Shown: positions 26,065 to 36,016, counted from the first letter of the stretch. The stretch is DNA of 64,000 nt from an uncultured Candidatus Saccharibacteria bacterium (GCA_964493085.1 CAZBLV010000010.1:39537-103536); one strand, 5' to 3'. Numbers and translations are program-made. The notes: a model not told the origin generated them from the sequence alone.

Positions 26065-27717
26065 CTATTCTTTGACAATCCCTGCGTCAGAAGAGACGCT
26101 CGGATCGTCGGGCAAAGTAGTGTCTATTTTAGAATCTGAATCTTCCACCCCTTTGTCTGTCCATTGGTCCTCGCCTGAAATTCTGGCCCTCCCTATAATA
26201 TCAGCCGCTTCTCCTGCCTGAGAAGAGCTTGGCCTTAAGGAAACCTGGAAAGAAACGCTGCGTTTCTCCCCTCTGTAAAAAGGAGAGCTGTTTCCAACAG
26301 ACCAAACCACTTCCCTGCTGGCTGAATCAAAAGTAATGTTCTCTTCTGCTTCTTCCGGATATATCTCTCCTGTCAGCTCTACATTCCGCGGAAGAACTGC
26401 TTTTACTTTTGCGTTCCTAACATCATTGTAATAGTTTTCTGCAGTCCATTTTACAGTATAGGTAGTTTCTTCCCCGGCTTCCGGCGGAACAGGCCCCGAG
26501 TTATCAAAAGCCCCTTCTGAATAATATCCCTGCTGAACAAGGCGCAGTTTAGTGTTAATTCTGGTTTTAAAATCTTGCGCTACTTTGCCAACCAAAACCG
26601 TAGTCTCAAGGGTGGGGTTTGCGGCTTCAGCTTTCTCGTCTTTTACTCTTACCCAGAATTCAGCCCTGCCCTCTTCTCCTTGATCAAGAAAGCGAAGCTC
26701 TTTGATGTCCTCTTCGTCCCAAATTATAGAACTGGCCTCTTCTCCAAATTGCCCAGAGTTTATTTTAACGCTGTCCAGATCAAAGAATTCCCCTCCTAAG
26801 CGAGCTACTAAAAACATATTTTGGAAAGGAGATTCCCCAATGTTTCTAAAAAATATTTCGTAATGGAGAAGTTCCCCTGGGTTTGCCGTATAATCTTTCT
26901 GGCCGTTTATTCTTTGAGAAACAAATAGGTGGGGCTCTGTTATTTCAACCCCTCTTGTAATTTCCTTAAGAAGAATAAACTCGTTATCGTTCCAAACGCC
27001 AAAGCCCACTCTAAACACCTTGTTGCTGTTAATCTCGCCGGTGAGCTTTCCTTGAACTTCTATTCGTCCCCCTTCTGCCTTGTTAAGAACAGGTATTTCC
27101 CACTCATTGTTCTCTATGCCGGAAGGCTTCCCGCCCAGAAACTCGAAGCCCGAAGGGTATTCTATTCTGACTCCCAAATCGGAAACAGGATAATCAAGAT
27201 TAGAAAAATAATTTAGATAAAAACTAAATTCTTTTCCTGCTTCCTGCTTTGAAGAAAGATCGAAATCAAGGCTTATGGGGAGAGAGTCGATTATAGTGGT
27301 AAGGCTGCTGTGGGACTCATAGCGGGCTTTAATATTTTTGGGTCTGTAGCTCAACCAAGCTTCAGCCTTTAAGGTTTCGTCTTCTTTTCCGAAAAGACGG
27401 GTTTTAAAAACAAAAGTTCTTTCCTGTCCAGGATAAATATCCCCTATTTCTTCAGCTTCTATCTGTTTTCTTCTTGGCCCCTCCCTTAAGGAAGCTCGGG
27501 GAAACTCGAAAATAAGGACAGGATCCTCCAGCCTAACATTTCCGTTATTCTTTAATTTGACCGTGTATTCCACCTCTTCAAAAGCCCCCACCTGTCTAGG
27601 GCCTAATATTTCCAATTTTAGAACCTCCTTAGAATAGGAGTTTTTCTGCCAGTACCAAAATCCGGCTACAGCCAAAACAAGACCGATGGCAACAATGATA
27701 AAAAATATTTTTTTCAT
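26065..27717 (-). CDS. Membrane-anchored beta-rich repeat protein (DUF11-like modules)
   Basis: N-terminal TM segment; repeated modules YTVKLKNNG, YEIFFRNIG, YTVKWTAEN. Confidence 0.8.
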   Translation of the reverse strand: MKKIFFIIVAIGLVLAVAGFWYWQKNSYSKEVLKLEILGPRQVGAFEEVEYTVKLKNNGNVRLEDPVLIFEFPRASLREGPRRKQIEAEEIGDIYPGQERTFVFKTRLFGKEDETLKAEAWLSYRPKNIKARYESHSSLTTIIDSLPISLDFDLSSKQEAGKEFSFYLNYFSNLDYPVSDLGVRIEYPSGFEFLGGKPSGIENNEWEIPVLNKAEGGRIEVQGKLTGEINSNKVFRVGFGVWNDNEFILLKEITRGVEITEPHLFVSQRINGQKDYTANPGELLHYEIFFRNIGESPFQNMFLVARLGGEFFDLDSVKINSGQFGEEASSIIWDEEDIKELRFLDQGEEGRAEFWVRVKDEKAEAANPTLETTVLVGKVAQDFKTRINTKLRLVQQGYYSEGAFDNSGPVPPEAGEETTYTVKWTAENYYNDVRNAKVKAVLPRNVELTGEIYPEEAEENITFDSASREVVWSVGNSSPFYRGEKRSVSFQVSLRPSSSQAGEAADIIGRARISGEDQWTDKGVEDSDSKIDTTLPDDPSVSSDAGIVKE

Positions 27718-27724
27718 AGTATGT

Positions 27725-28444
27725 TTAATATAGCAAATTATTGGAGTTTTTGAAATAAGAAAAATATTCTCTCAGCATTTTATCCAAATTTTCCTGATGC
27801 TCTTTTAGAATCTTAAATCTTTTTAACTCCTTAAGATTTTCTTTTGTAAAAAGCCGAAGCAGTTTAATCGTTTCTGTGCCAATCAAGCTCCCTTCTCCTT
27901 CTGAACATTCTTTGCAAACCACCCCTCCTTTTCCGCAATCAAAATACATCTCTTCAGAAATTAGCTTCTTCTGGCAGCAGACACATTTATAGAGGGAGGG
28001 ATGATATCCTAAGGCCTTAAAAAGGTTCCAGAAAAAATATTGAAACACCAAAAAAGGGAAAGTGCCCTTATCCAGGCCCTCAAAGGAATCTTTCATCAGC
28101 CGCCATATTTCCTCGTCTCTCTCTTCTTGGGGCGTTGAAATATCCAAAAGAGCGCACATACCAGCCAAAACCTTTAATTTCTCGAGAGATCCCTTTGCTC
28201 CCCTAAAACTCTCCAAAGACCCTATGTCAGTGAGCGTCTTGATTTTTTTCCCTTGAATAAACTCGATCTCCGAGAGGCCGAACAATCCTGCTCCGTATTT
28301 TAATTTCGAATGGATTTTTCTGATCCCTTTTCCCAAGACAATAACTTTTCCGAATGATTTTGTATAAACAGTTAAAACCTGGTCTGCCTCGCCCTGATCC
28401 CTTTTTTTTATTAAAAATCCCTTTGTTCTATAACGGATGCTCAT
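27725..28444 (-). CDS. recO: DNA repair protein RecO
   Basis: GEADQVLTVYT..FGK...GKG.RK..SK; zinc finger CVCC...GGVVCKEC. Confidence 0.93.
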   Translation of the reverse strand: MSIRYRTKGFLIKKRDQGEADQVLTVYTKSFGKVIVLGKGIRKIHSKLKYGAGLFGLSEIEFIQGKKIKTLTDIGSLESFRGAKGSLEKLKVLAGMCALLDISTPQEERDEEIWRLMKDSFEGLDKGTFPFLVFQYFFWNLFKALGYHPSLYKCVCCQKKLISEEMYFDCGKGGVVCKECSEGEGSLIGTETIKLLRLFTKENLKELKRFKILKEHQENLDKMLREYFSYFKNSNNLLY

Positions 28445-28454
28445 CTGAATAAAG

Positions 28455-28739
28455 CTACATCTGGTTTTCTAAATATCTTATCTTTTGGTCTATCTCCTCT
28501 GCCTCCTCTCTGGTTTCAGCATCCCTTTTCTGCCTTTCTAGGTCGCGAATGGCAGATTTAAAATCTTCTTTGGATATCTGGTCCCCGTACTTGCTGCTAA
28601 AAGTTTCCCGAGACAGTTTTTCTCTTTCTTTTCCATAAAACCTTTTTCCCCCGGTTTCAGGAATTATTCCTTTGTCTCTTTTAAGCTTTTCTGCCAGTTC
28701 TTCCCTGGATAGAGATTTTTCTTCGTCAAAAAGACCCAT
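28455..28739 (-). CDS. Hypothetical charged protein
   Basis: Tightly packed between ileS and recO on the same strand. Confidence 0.75.
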   Translation of the reverse strand: MGLFDEEKSLSREELAEKLKRDKGIIPETGGKRFYGKEREKLSRETFSSKYGDQISKEDFKSAIRDLERQKRDAETREEAEEIDQKIRYLENQM

Positions 28740-28740
28740 A

Positions 28741-31575
28741 TTATTTTTTAATGCCGATCTGATGCTTCTCCCCTTCTACTTTTATTTCTTTAACAGCATC
28801 CGCCTTTTCTAAATCAGAAGGAGCTGAAGCTCTTTTGTAATCTTTAGCTCCTGCCTCTTCCAAAAAACGGATGTCTTTTTCAAGGGGAAAAGTGGAAATA
28901 ATAGTTTCGACTTTTATTTCGGGAGTCAAGCCAAGCTCTTTTCTTAACGCCCTGATATTTCTTATTAATTCTCTTTTTCTTCCCTCTTCTGCCAACTCCG
29001 GAGTAATTTCAGTATTTAAAACCAGATCTGCTTTTATTTTATCATCAAAGGCGACTTCTTTTACATTAACTTCTTGTTTAAGCAATTCTATCAATCCCTG
29101 ATCTTCTATTCTCTTGTCTTTAACAATAAGAGAAGACAAGGGCTGCCTTACTTTTATTCCTTTTTCCGCTCTTAAAGAGAGCGCCTTGCCGGCAATATCT
29201 CTTACCAGATTCATTTTCTCCTCTAGCTCCTTGTCTGTTTTTTCTTTGTTAAAAACAGGCCAATCTTTTAAGTGGACGGATTCGGGATCGTTGTCTTTTT
29301 TTATCCTTTGGTAAAGCTCTTCTGCAAAAAAAGGAGTAATAGGAGCCATCAGGCAGACCAACATGGAAAGGAGATAATGCATGGTAGAGACGGCTTCTTT
29401 TCTTTGCTCTTCCTTGGAATGAAATCTTGACCTCGACCTTCTTAGATACCAAAGAGACAAGTCTTCTACGAAAAATTCTTCTAAATATCGGGATGCTGAA
29501 AAAACATCGTAGTTTTTCATCTTTTTTTCCACGTTATTAATAAGGTTTTCCGTTCGGGAGATTATCCATTTGTCTAAAATGTTTTCGCTTTCTGTCCATT
29601 CTTCTGCAATCTCTGATTTATCCACATATGTTTCAAAGAAAGAAAAGATGTTATACAAAGTCAGCAGTCTTTTTTTAACCTCCTCTGCTCCCTTGTACCC
29701 GAACCTTAGATTATTGGATGGGTTCTGTCTTGCGTACATCCATCTCATGGGATCTGCTCCAATATCTGAAACCGCTTCGTCAAACCAGATGGCGTTTCCC
29801 TTGGATTTATGCATTTCTTCTCCCCTTTCGTCCCTTACAGAAGCATATCCGAATATTGTTTTAACAGGATTTGTGCTTTCTAAAACCTGGCTCATAACTA
29901 TTATGGCGTAAAACCAGTTCTTAAACTGGCCTGGGAAAGACTCGCAAATTAAATCGGCTGGAAACCACTTTTTCCAGTAGCTTTTATCAGAATAATATCC
30001 TGTAGTGGAAAACGGAACGATACCGGCATCAAGCCAGGGGTTTCCCACGTCAGGTATTCTGGACACCCTTTCTCCGCATTTTGAACATTCAATCTCGATT
30101 TTGTCCACCCATGGCCTATGAGGAGTGTGCCCCTCAAACTCTTCCCAGCCAGAGACTGCCCTTTGCCTCAACTCCTCTTTTGATCCCATTACTTCTATGT
30201 TGCCGCATTTCGGACATTGGAAAATGGGAAGAGCTAAGCCCCAATATCTTTTTTTGGAAATAAGCCAGTCTTCCATGTTTTTCAGCCAGTCCAGTTCTCT
30301 GTCTAAGCCGAAAGAGGGAATCCAGCCTATTTTTTTGGCAGATTCCATCAAGGGTTTTCTTAGTTTCTCCATTGAAATATACCATTCGTCAACCAATCGA
30401 AATATCAGCTCCTCCTTGCATCTCCAGCAAGTAGGGTATCTGTGGACATAATCTTCTATCTTAAAAACAAAACCCTTTTCCTTTAAATCCTTAAAAATAA
30501 GGCCGCGGGCTTCAGTAACCAGTTTTCCAGTTAAAAAACCGAATCCTTCCTTGTACCTGCTTTCCTGGTCTGTGGGATCAATAACAGGCAAGTCTTTTTC
30601 TTTGCTTAACTGAAAGTCTTCTTTGCCGCATCCCGGGGCAATATGGACTATCCCTGTGCCCTCTTCTTCTGAAACGTCCTCCCAAAGAACCATTTTATGG
30701 TCTTTGACTTTTTCTTTAACCTGTTCAAACTCGTCATAGATTCCTTGGTACTCTGTTCCTTCAAGGTCTTCCCCAAGAAATGTTCTTTTGACTTCGCCTT
30801 GGACAAGCTCTTTTTTGCTTTCTAAAACAATGAAGGTTTCTGATTCTTTTTCTATCTCTGTATATTTTAGTTTTGGATTGGCTGCCAAAGAAACATTAGC
30901 AGGAAGAGTCCAAGGAGTAGTAGTCCAAACCAAAAAATATTTGTTCTTTTCTCTCAATAAGGGAATTTTTAAGAAAACTGCCTTGTGGGTTATTTCTTTG
31001 TATTCTTCCGTTAAAATCTCATGCTGAGAAATAGCTGTGCCACATCTGGGACACCAGGGAACCACGTCTCTTCCTTTGTATAAAAGACCCAGCTCTAGGC
31101 ATTTTTTAAGAAAATTCCAGATAGCATAATTATTTTCTTCTGACATGGTGAAATAAGAGTTTTCCCAATCCATCCACTGGCCCAGTCTCTTGGACTGCTC
31201 TGTTTGAATCTTGGAATATTTCCTTACTCTTTCTTTGCATTTTTCCACAAATTTCCCTATGCCGTACTCTTCAATATCTTTTTTATTCTTAAAGCCCAAT
31301 TCTTTTTCCACCTCCACTTCCACCCAAAGTCCCTGGCAGTCAAATCCGTTCTGATATCTCTGCTCATGCCCCTTCATGGCCTTGTACCTCTGGAACAGAT
31401 CCTTATAGGTTCTTCCCCAGGCATGGTGAACACCCATAGGGTTGTTGGCGGTTATGGGGCCGTCCAAAAAAGACCAGGGCTCTTTTCCTTGGTTTTTCTT
31501 CCTTAATTTCTGGAATATCCTGTTTTTCTCCCAGAATTTGAGTATTTTTTCTTCTGTTTTTGGAAAATCAAACAT
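28741..31575 (-). CDS. ileS: Isoleucine-tRNA ligase, type 2, with a GVHH signature
   Basis: DGPITANNPMGVHH, GFDCQGL, WTTTPWTLPAN, GTGIVHIAPG, EMHKSKGN; likely start ATG 31575. Confidence 0.96.
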   Translation of the reverse strand: MFDFPKTEEKILKFWEKNRIFQKLRKKNQGKEPWSFLDGPITANNPMGVHHAWGRTYKDLFQRYKAMKGHEQRYQNGFDCQGLWVEVEVEKELGFKNKKDIEEYGIGKFVEKCKERVRKYSKIQTEQSKRLGQWMDWENSYFTMSEENNYAIWNFLKKCLELGLLYKGRDVVPWCPRCGTAISQHEILTEEYKEITHKAVFLKIPLLREKNKYFLVWTTTPWTLPANVSLAANPKLKYTEIEKESETFIVLESKKELVQGEVKRTFLGEDLEGTEYQGIYDEFEQVKEKVKDHKMVLWEDVSEEEGTGIVHIAPGCGKEDFQLSKEKDLPVIDPTDQESRYKEGFGFLTGKLVTEARGLIFKDLKEKGFVFKIEDYVHRYPTCWRCKEELIFRLVDEWYISMEKLRKPLMESAKKIGWIPSFGLDRELDWLKNMEDWLISKKRYWGLALPIFQCPKCGNIEVMGSKEELRQRAVSGWEEFEGHTPHRPWVDKIEIECSKCGERVSRIPDVGNPWLDAGIVPFSTTGYYSDKSYWKKWFPADLICESFPGQFKNWFYAIIVMSQVLESTNPVKTIFGYASVRDERGEEMHKSKGNAIWFDEAVSDIGADPMRWMYARQNPSNNLRFGYKGAEEVKKRLLTLYNIFSFFETYVDKSEIAEEWTESENILDKWIISRTENLINNVEKKMKNYDVFSASRYLEEFFVEDLSLWYLRRSRSRFHSKEEQRKEAVSTMHYLLSMLVCLMAPITPFFAEELYQRIKKDNDPESVHLKDWPVFNKEKTDKELEEKMNLVRDIAGKALSLRAEKGIKVRQPLSSLIVKDKRIEDQGLIELLKQEVNVKEVAFDDKIKADLVLNTEITPELAEEGRKRELIRNIRALRKELGLTPEIKVETIISTFPLEKDIRFLEEAGAKDYKRASAPSDLEKADAVKEIKVEGEKHQIGIKK

Positions 31576-31634
31576 AGAATTATAGGTTATCTTACCAGAA
31601 AAAACCGCTTTTCTCAACCGCAATTCCAAAAAAG

Positions 31635-31665
31635 AAAACCCTGTGTTGCTTAGCACAGGGTTTTT
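31635..31665 (-). terminator. Intrinsic terminator
   Basis: AAAACCCTGTG-N8-CACAGGGTTTT with a T tract. Confidence 0.8.
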
Positions 31666-31679
31666 GTTAAAAGCCGAAG

Positions 31680-32273
31680 CTACTCGCGGACTGCCGCGAA
31701 TCGGCAGGATTCGGGAAAAGCTCCCCCGAACCAAACAACATTCAGTCTCCTGTCAATAATTGGCACAAACAAGTAAGGATTGCGCCAAGCAGAACCCAGG
31801 GCGACAACAGAAAACTTCGTTTGAAGTTCGGGATGGTCTTTGGCAAGAGCAAGAATCTCCGGCAGGGTTGCAGGCCTGTAGCCTGCCTTTTTTATCTCCT
31901 GCAAAGACTTGTCGCCGCTCACAAAGCCCATAAAGCGGAAAAGTTCTATTTCCAAATCCCGCTTTCCTGACCCTAAGACAGGGAAATTTTTTGAAGAAAT
32001 ATCAGAGTTCACCCCTCCCTCAAAATTGCATGACTCAATCATCTGTTCCAGCGTCTGATTGTAGTCTACTGTAATTTTGAAGCGCGGACGGGCATCTCTT
32101 GCGATAATTTCAGCGATCTGATCGAGAATCTTTTCTCCTTCCGGAGTTGCCAAACGGTGGATGTCTTCATCGCTGCCGCCCATTTCATGGACTCTATTGG
32201 CAAGACTGATAAAAACGCCCGCCACCCATCCGGCGCCGGCGATAATGGCCGACGCCTTTGCTTTGCTTGACAT
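31680..32273 (-). CDS. Hypothetical protein with a C-type-lectin-like C-terminus
   Basis: SD AAGGAG before ATG 32273; VDY..TLEQMI, GYRPATLPEILAL....P.LQ....VALGS, ends WF......CRFAAVRE. The fold assignment is inference. Confidence 0.75.
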   Translation of the reverse strand: MSSKAKASAIIAGAGWVAGVFISLANRVHEMGGSDEDIHRLATPEGEKILDQIAEIIARDARPRFKITVDYNQTLEQMIESCNFEGGVNSDISSKNFPVLGSGKRDLEIELFRFMGFVSGDKSLQEIKKAGYRPATLPEILALAKDHPELQTKFSVVALGSAWRNPYLFVPIIDRRLNVVWFGGAFPESCRFAAVRE

Positions 32274-32278
32274 CTCTG

Positions 32279-32383
32279 GTCTCCTTTTCTCAAGGCCTGT
32301 TCCCAATTCCGCTACAAGCGGAGCCTCAAACAGGCCCTTAAAGGTACTGGCTGAATTCTGCTGTATTTCTATAGATTTGTCAA
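32279..32383 (-). promoter_or_regulatory. Promoter, boxA-like element, hairpin and SD
   Basis: TTGACA-N17-CAGAAT, GTACCTTTAAGG (32347-32336), hairpin GGCCTGTT...AACAGGCC (32336-32294), AAGGAG. Confidence 0.65.
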
Positions 32384-32970
32384 TTGTTTATCTCTCTTAG
32401 CTCTCCTGTTTTCATTCTTTGACCCCCTTTCATTTTGCCTGCTATTTCTCTTAAAGAGGCGATTCCTTGAGTGCTAATGCCTTTGGCTACAGCTTCTATT
32501 AAGGCCAAAGGGGTCTGGTGGCTGATTATCAAAATGTTTTTTCCTGAAAATTTATCTTCTATTTCATAAAAGAAATCAGCTACCCTTTCTTTGACCTGCT
32601 GATAATTTTCACCGCCCAATGGGGCAACCTCGAACTTGCTGTCCCCTTTCTTGAAAATCTTTCTCCATTCAGCTGAAGGCTTGCCGTTTAAATCTCCTGC
32701 GTCATATTCTCTTATCCTCTTTTCATAATCAACCTCTGTTCCTGTCTCTTCGGAAACAATCTCTGCTGTTTGCTTTGTCCGCAAAAGATCTGAAGAAAAG
32801 ATAAAATCTATATCCTTATCCTTTAATTCTTGAGCTGCTTTTTTGATATCCTGCTCTCCCTTTGGAGTTAGGGGAAAGCGGCCTTGTTCGGGCCAAGAAG
32901 AAATCACTTCTTTTACGTTAGAAAACGATTCTCCGTGTCTTAATAAAAAGTATTTGTTTTTTAATCTCAT
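32380..32970 (-). CDS. Histidine phosphatase family protein
   Basis: LLRHGES..N, SSDLLRTKQTA, GGE, ISH. Confidence 0.92.
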   Translation of the reverse strand: MRLKNKYFLLRHGESFSNVKEVISSWPEQGRFPLTPKGEQDIKKAAQELKDKDIDFIFSSDLLRTKQTAEIVSEETGTEVDYEKRIREYDAGDLNGKPSAEWRKIFKKGDSKFEVAPLGGENYQQVKERVADFFYEIEDKFSGKNILIISHQTPLALIEAVAKGISTQGIASLREIAGKMKGGQRMKTGELREINN

Positions 32971-32972
32971 AG

Positions 32973-34481
32973 CTACATTTTCTCGGGAACGGATATTCCC
33001 ATCACCCCCAAAGCTTCAGCTAAAGCATACTTGGTGACAGAAATCAGGCAAAGCCGGGCTTTTGTTATTTCTTTATCTTTTCCTATAACCTGATGTTTTT
33101 CATAAAATTTATGGAAAATATCTGCCAGATCTCGGGCATATTGGGTCAGTCTCTGAACTTGGTAATCGCAAGCAGTGTCTCCTATAATCTCAGGAAATCT
33201 TATTATCTTTTTGATAAGATCTAACTCTTCTTCTTTTTTCAACAAAGAAAAATTAGCTTTTTTAAAAGAAAAGTCCGCTTTCTTTAAAATGCTGGATATT
33301 CTGGCATGGGCGTACTGAACATAATAAACAGGATTTTTCTCTGATCTTTCTTTTGCCAATTCCAAGTCAAAGTTTAAGTGGCTTCCAGGGCTTCTCATTA
33401 AAAAGAAGAATCTGGCGACGTCCAGCCCAACCTCGTCGATTAACTCGTCTATCGTGACATAGGTTCCTGCCCTCTTTGACATTTTCACCTCTTTTCCTTT
33501 TCTCAAAAGCCTTACCATTTGCATGACAATAAAATGAATATCTTCTTTGCTGTATCCTAATGCTTCTGAAGCTGCCTCCATTCTCCTTATATACCCTGCG
33601 TGGTCTGCGCCCAAAAAGAAGATTAGTTTGTCAAAACCCCTTTCAAGCTTGTTTTTTAAATAGGCGATATCTGAAGCAAAATAGGTTTTCTCGCCGTCCT
33701 TTTTTATCAAAACTCTGTCTTTGTCGTCCCCGAACTTTTTGGCGTTAAACCATAAAGCTCCCTCTTTTTTGTAAGCCAATCCCTTTTTCTTCAAAAAATC
33801 CAATACCTTTCCGGAATCAAGGCTTTTTTCTGAAAACCAAACATCAAAATTAATGCCCATCTTGGCAACAGTGGGCTTAATCATTTTTTCCAAGATTTCC
33901 TTTGACGCCCTTTGGCCCACTTTTTCAGGATCTTCTCCTTTTATTTTCAGTTTTTTGATGTACTCTCCCTTATAAGCCGCCTCCGAGTCCCCTATCACGG
34001 AATGCCCTAATTTGCTTATTTGCCCTCCGACATCATTGACATAATACTCTCTAACTACCTTGCATCCCGCCTTTTCTAAAACATTGGCCAAAACATCGCC
34101 GCAGAATCCGCCTCTTCCGTTTCCCAAAGTAAGGGGGCCTGTGGGATTAGCTGAAATGAATTCAACATTCACTTTTTCCTTCAATTTAGGAAATTCAAAT
34201 CCCTTTTTAAAAACTCTTTCTACTTTTTCCTGCAAAAAATCGGAAGACAGGAAGAAATTGATAAAACCCGGCCTGACCACTTCTATCTTCCTCAGAAAGC
34301 CGGGCTGGCCCATTTTCTCTTTTAGCTCTCGGGCGAATTTAAGAGGCGCTTCCTTTCCCATCATTAAAGCAATATTGGAAGAATAGTCCCCGTGAGATTC
34401 TTGGATCGGGGTTTCTATGACAATATCTGCTTTTTTGCCAAGAGATGCCTGGATTAATTTCTTTAATTCTTGCTTTATCAT
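32973..34481 (-). CDS. argS: Arginine-tRNA ligase
   Basis: HGDYSSN, PGFINF, EFISANPTGPL, KMSKRAG, NPVYYVQYAHAR. Confidence 0.96.
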   Translation of the reverse strand: MIKQELKKLIQASLGKKADIVIETPIQESHGDYSSNIALMMGKEAPLKFARELKEKMGQPGFLRKIEVVRPGFINFFLSSDFLQEKVERVFKKGFEFPKLKEKVNVEFISANPTGPLTLGNGRGGFCGDVLANVLEKAGCKVVREYYVNDVGGQISKLGHSVIGDSEAAYKGEYIKKLKIKGEDPEKVGQRASKEILEKMIKPTVAKMGINFDVWFSEKSLDSGKVLDFLKKKGLAYKKEGALWFNAKKFGDDKDRVLIKKDGEKTYFASDIAYLKNKLERGFDKLIFFLGADHAGYIRRMEAASEALGYSKEDIHFIVMQMVRLLRKGKEVKMSKRAGTYVTIDELIDEVGLDVARFFFLMRSPGSHLNFDLELAKERSEKNPVYYVQYAHARISSILKKADFSFKKANFSLLKKEEELDLIKKIIRFPEIIGDTACDYQVQRLTQYARDLADIFHKFYEKHQVIGKDKEITKARLCLISVTKYALAEALGVMGISVPEKM

Positions 34482-34525
34482 TGTTTTCAGTTTATCCTAA
34501 TTTCTGATAAAATAAAAGCAGATAT

Positions 34526-34972
34526 ATGAAAAAGCTAGCTGAAAACAAAAAGGCTTATCACGAATATGAGATCCTGGAAAAATATGAAGCAGGAATAGTT
34601 TTGAACGGCCAAGAGGTTAAGTCAATAAGATCTGGCAGAATGAGCCTAAAGGGCTCTTATGTTGTCTTGAAAAACGAGGAGCTTTACTTGCTCGGAGCAA
34701 CTATCCCCCCTTATCAGCCCCTAAACGCTCCTGCTGATTATAATCCGGAAAGATCAAGAAAACTCTTATTGAGGAAAAGCGAAATCAGCCGCCTTATAGG
34801 AAAGTCAAAAGAAAAGGGCTTGACTCTTATACCCTTGCAAATTTATACTAAAAATACTAGAATAAAGCTCATGTTCGCAGTGGCCAGAGGAAAGAAAAAG
34901 CAAGACAAGAGAGAAATTATCAAGAAAAGAGAAGCGGAAAGAGAAATGAGAAGGGAAATAAAAAGAAGATAG
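34526..34972 (+). CDS. smpB: SsrA-binding protein
   Basis: NKKA..EY....YEAGIVL.G.EVKSIR, RKLLL, GKKK.DKR; adjacent to tmRNA. Confidence 0.97.
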   Translation: MKKLAENKKAYHEYEILEKYEAGIVLNGQEVKSIRSGRMSLKGSYVVLKNEELYLLGATIPPYQPLNAPADYNPERSRKLLLRKSEISRLIGKSKEKGLTLIPLQIYTKNTRIKLMFAVARGKKKQDKREIIKKREAEREMRREIKRR

Positions 34973-35318
34973 GGGGATGAATGCTTCGACAGAAGTTATT
35001 TTTAAAACAGGGCAAGCCGAGTTCCCAAGCTCGTTAAAAATGGGAGTTTAAAGATAACTGCCAAGTTATTTAACAAACAACCCGCGTTAGCATACGCATA
35101 ACGCCATCCTTTCTGCTGACTCTCGATAGGCAGAAAAGGGTGTCATATCATCGAGATAGGCAGCGGCCTTCCTCAAGCTGCTGCTAAACCCAAAGAGGAT
35201 AAGATGCCAGAGCTTTTGCCTGCTCTTCATCTGGCATTCTGAAAAATCAAGCAGGCTAAGCTTGTAGAACTGTTTTAATAAAACTTTTGGACGGGAGTCC
35301 AACCTCCCCATCTCCACA
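34973..35318 (+). ncRNA. ssrA: tmRNA
   Basis: 5' GGGGATGA..TTCGAC; 3' GGACGGGAG..CTCCCCATCTCCA; the tag frame 35060-35101 after ATAACT encodes AKLFNKQPALAYA*. Confidence 0.93.
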
Positions 35319-35332
35319 ACAATAAAGCAAAT

Positions 35333-35836
35333 TTGAAAAAACCTTTATCAAACAATAGAATAAGAGCAAAAGAGGTCCGGCTAATAGACGAAAACGGAAA
35401 CCAAATGGGCGTTGTCTCTTTAGCTAAAGCCCTGGAAACATCAAAAGAGAAGAACCTCGACCTTATTCAGGTAACAGACAAAGTTGATCCCCCCGTATGC
35501 AAGCTAGGGGACTACGGAAAGCATCTATACCGCTTAAAAAAGAAAGAAAATGCCAGCAAGCAGAGAAAAAGCGAAACTAAAGGAATAAGGCTCTCTTTTA
35601 AAATATCAGAACATGATATGCAGACTCGAGTAAGGCAAGCAGAAAAATTCCTTAAGAAAGGAGATAAGATAAAAATAGAGCTTAGATTAAGAGGGCGGGA
35701 GAAAGCCCACCAAGACGTAGCCAGAGAGAAAATCAAAAAATTTGTTGAAGAGTTAAACAGCTTAATCCCCGTTAAAATGGAAAGAGAAATTAAGAAAGAG
35801 CCCCGGGGCTTAATAACCATTATTTCTAAAGAATAG
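35333..35836 (+). CDS. infC: Translation initiation factor IF-3 (TTG start)
   Basis: NNRIRAKEVRLID, LDLI....PPVCK..DYGK, RGRE. Confidence 0.95.
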   Translation: MKKPLSNNRIRAKEVRLIDENGNQMGVVSLAKALETSKEKNLDLIQVTDKVDPPVCKLGDYGKHLYRLKKKENASKQRKSETKGIRLSFKISEHDMQTRVRQAEKFLKKGDKIKIELRLRGREKAHQDVAREKIKKFVEELNSLIPVKMEREIKKEPRGLITIISKE

Positions 35837-35838
35837 CC

Positions 35839-36015
35839 ATGAAGACAAAAAAAGCAATAACAAAAAGGTTTAAGATAACAAAAAACGGAAAGATTATGAG
35901 AAGAGCGGTTGGAAGAAACCATTTTTTAGCGAAAAAATCCGGCAAACAAAGACGGAAAAGCAGGAAATGGGTCGAAGTTTCCAAAGAACAAGCAAGAAGA
36001 ATAAAGAAATACTAA
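35839..36015 (+). CDS. rpmI: 50S ribosomal protein L35 (58 aa, not in the ORF track)
   Basis: MKTKKAITKRFKITKNGKIMRRAVGRNHFLAKKSGKQRR..., located between infC and rplT. Confidence 0.95.
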   Translation: MKTKKAITKRFKITKNGKIMRRAVGRNHFLAKKSGKQRRKSRKWVEVSKEQARRIKKY

Positions 36016-36016
36016 T

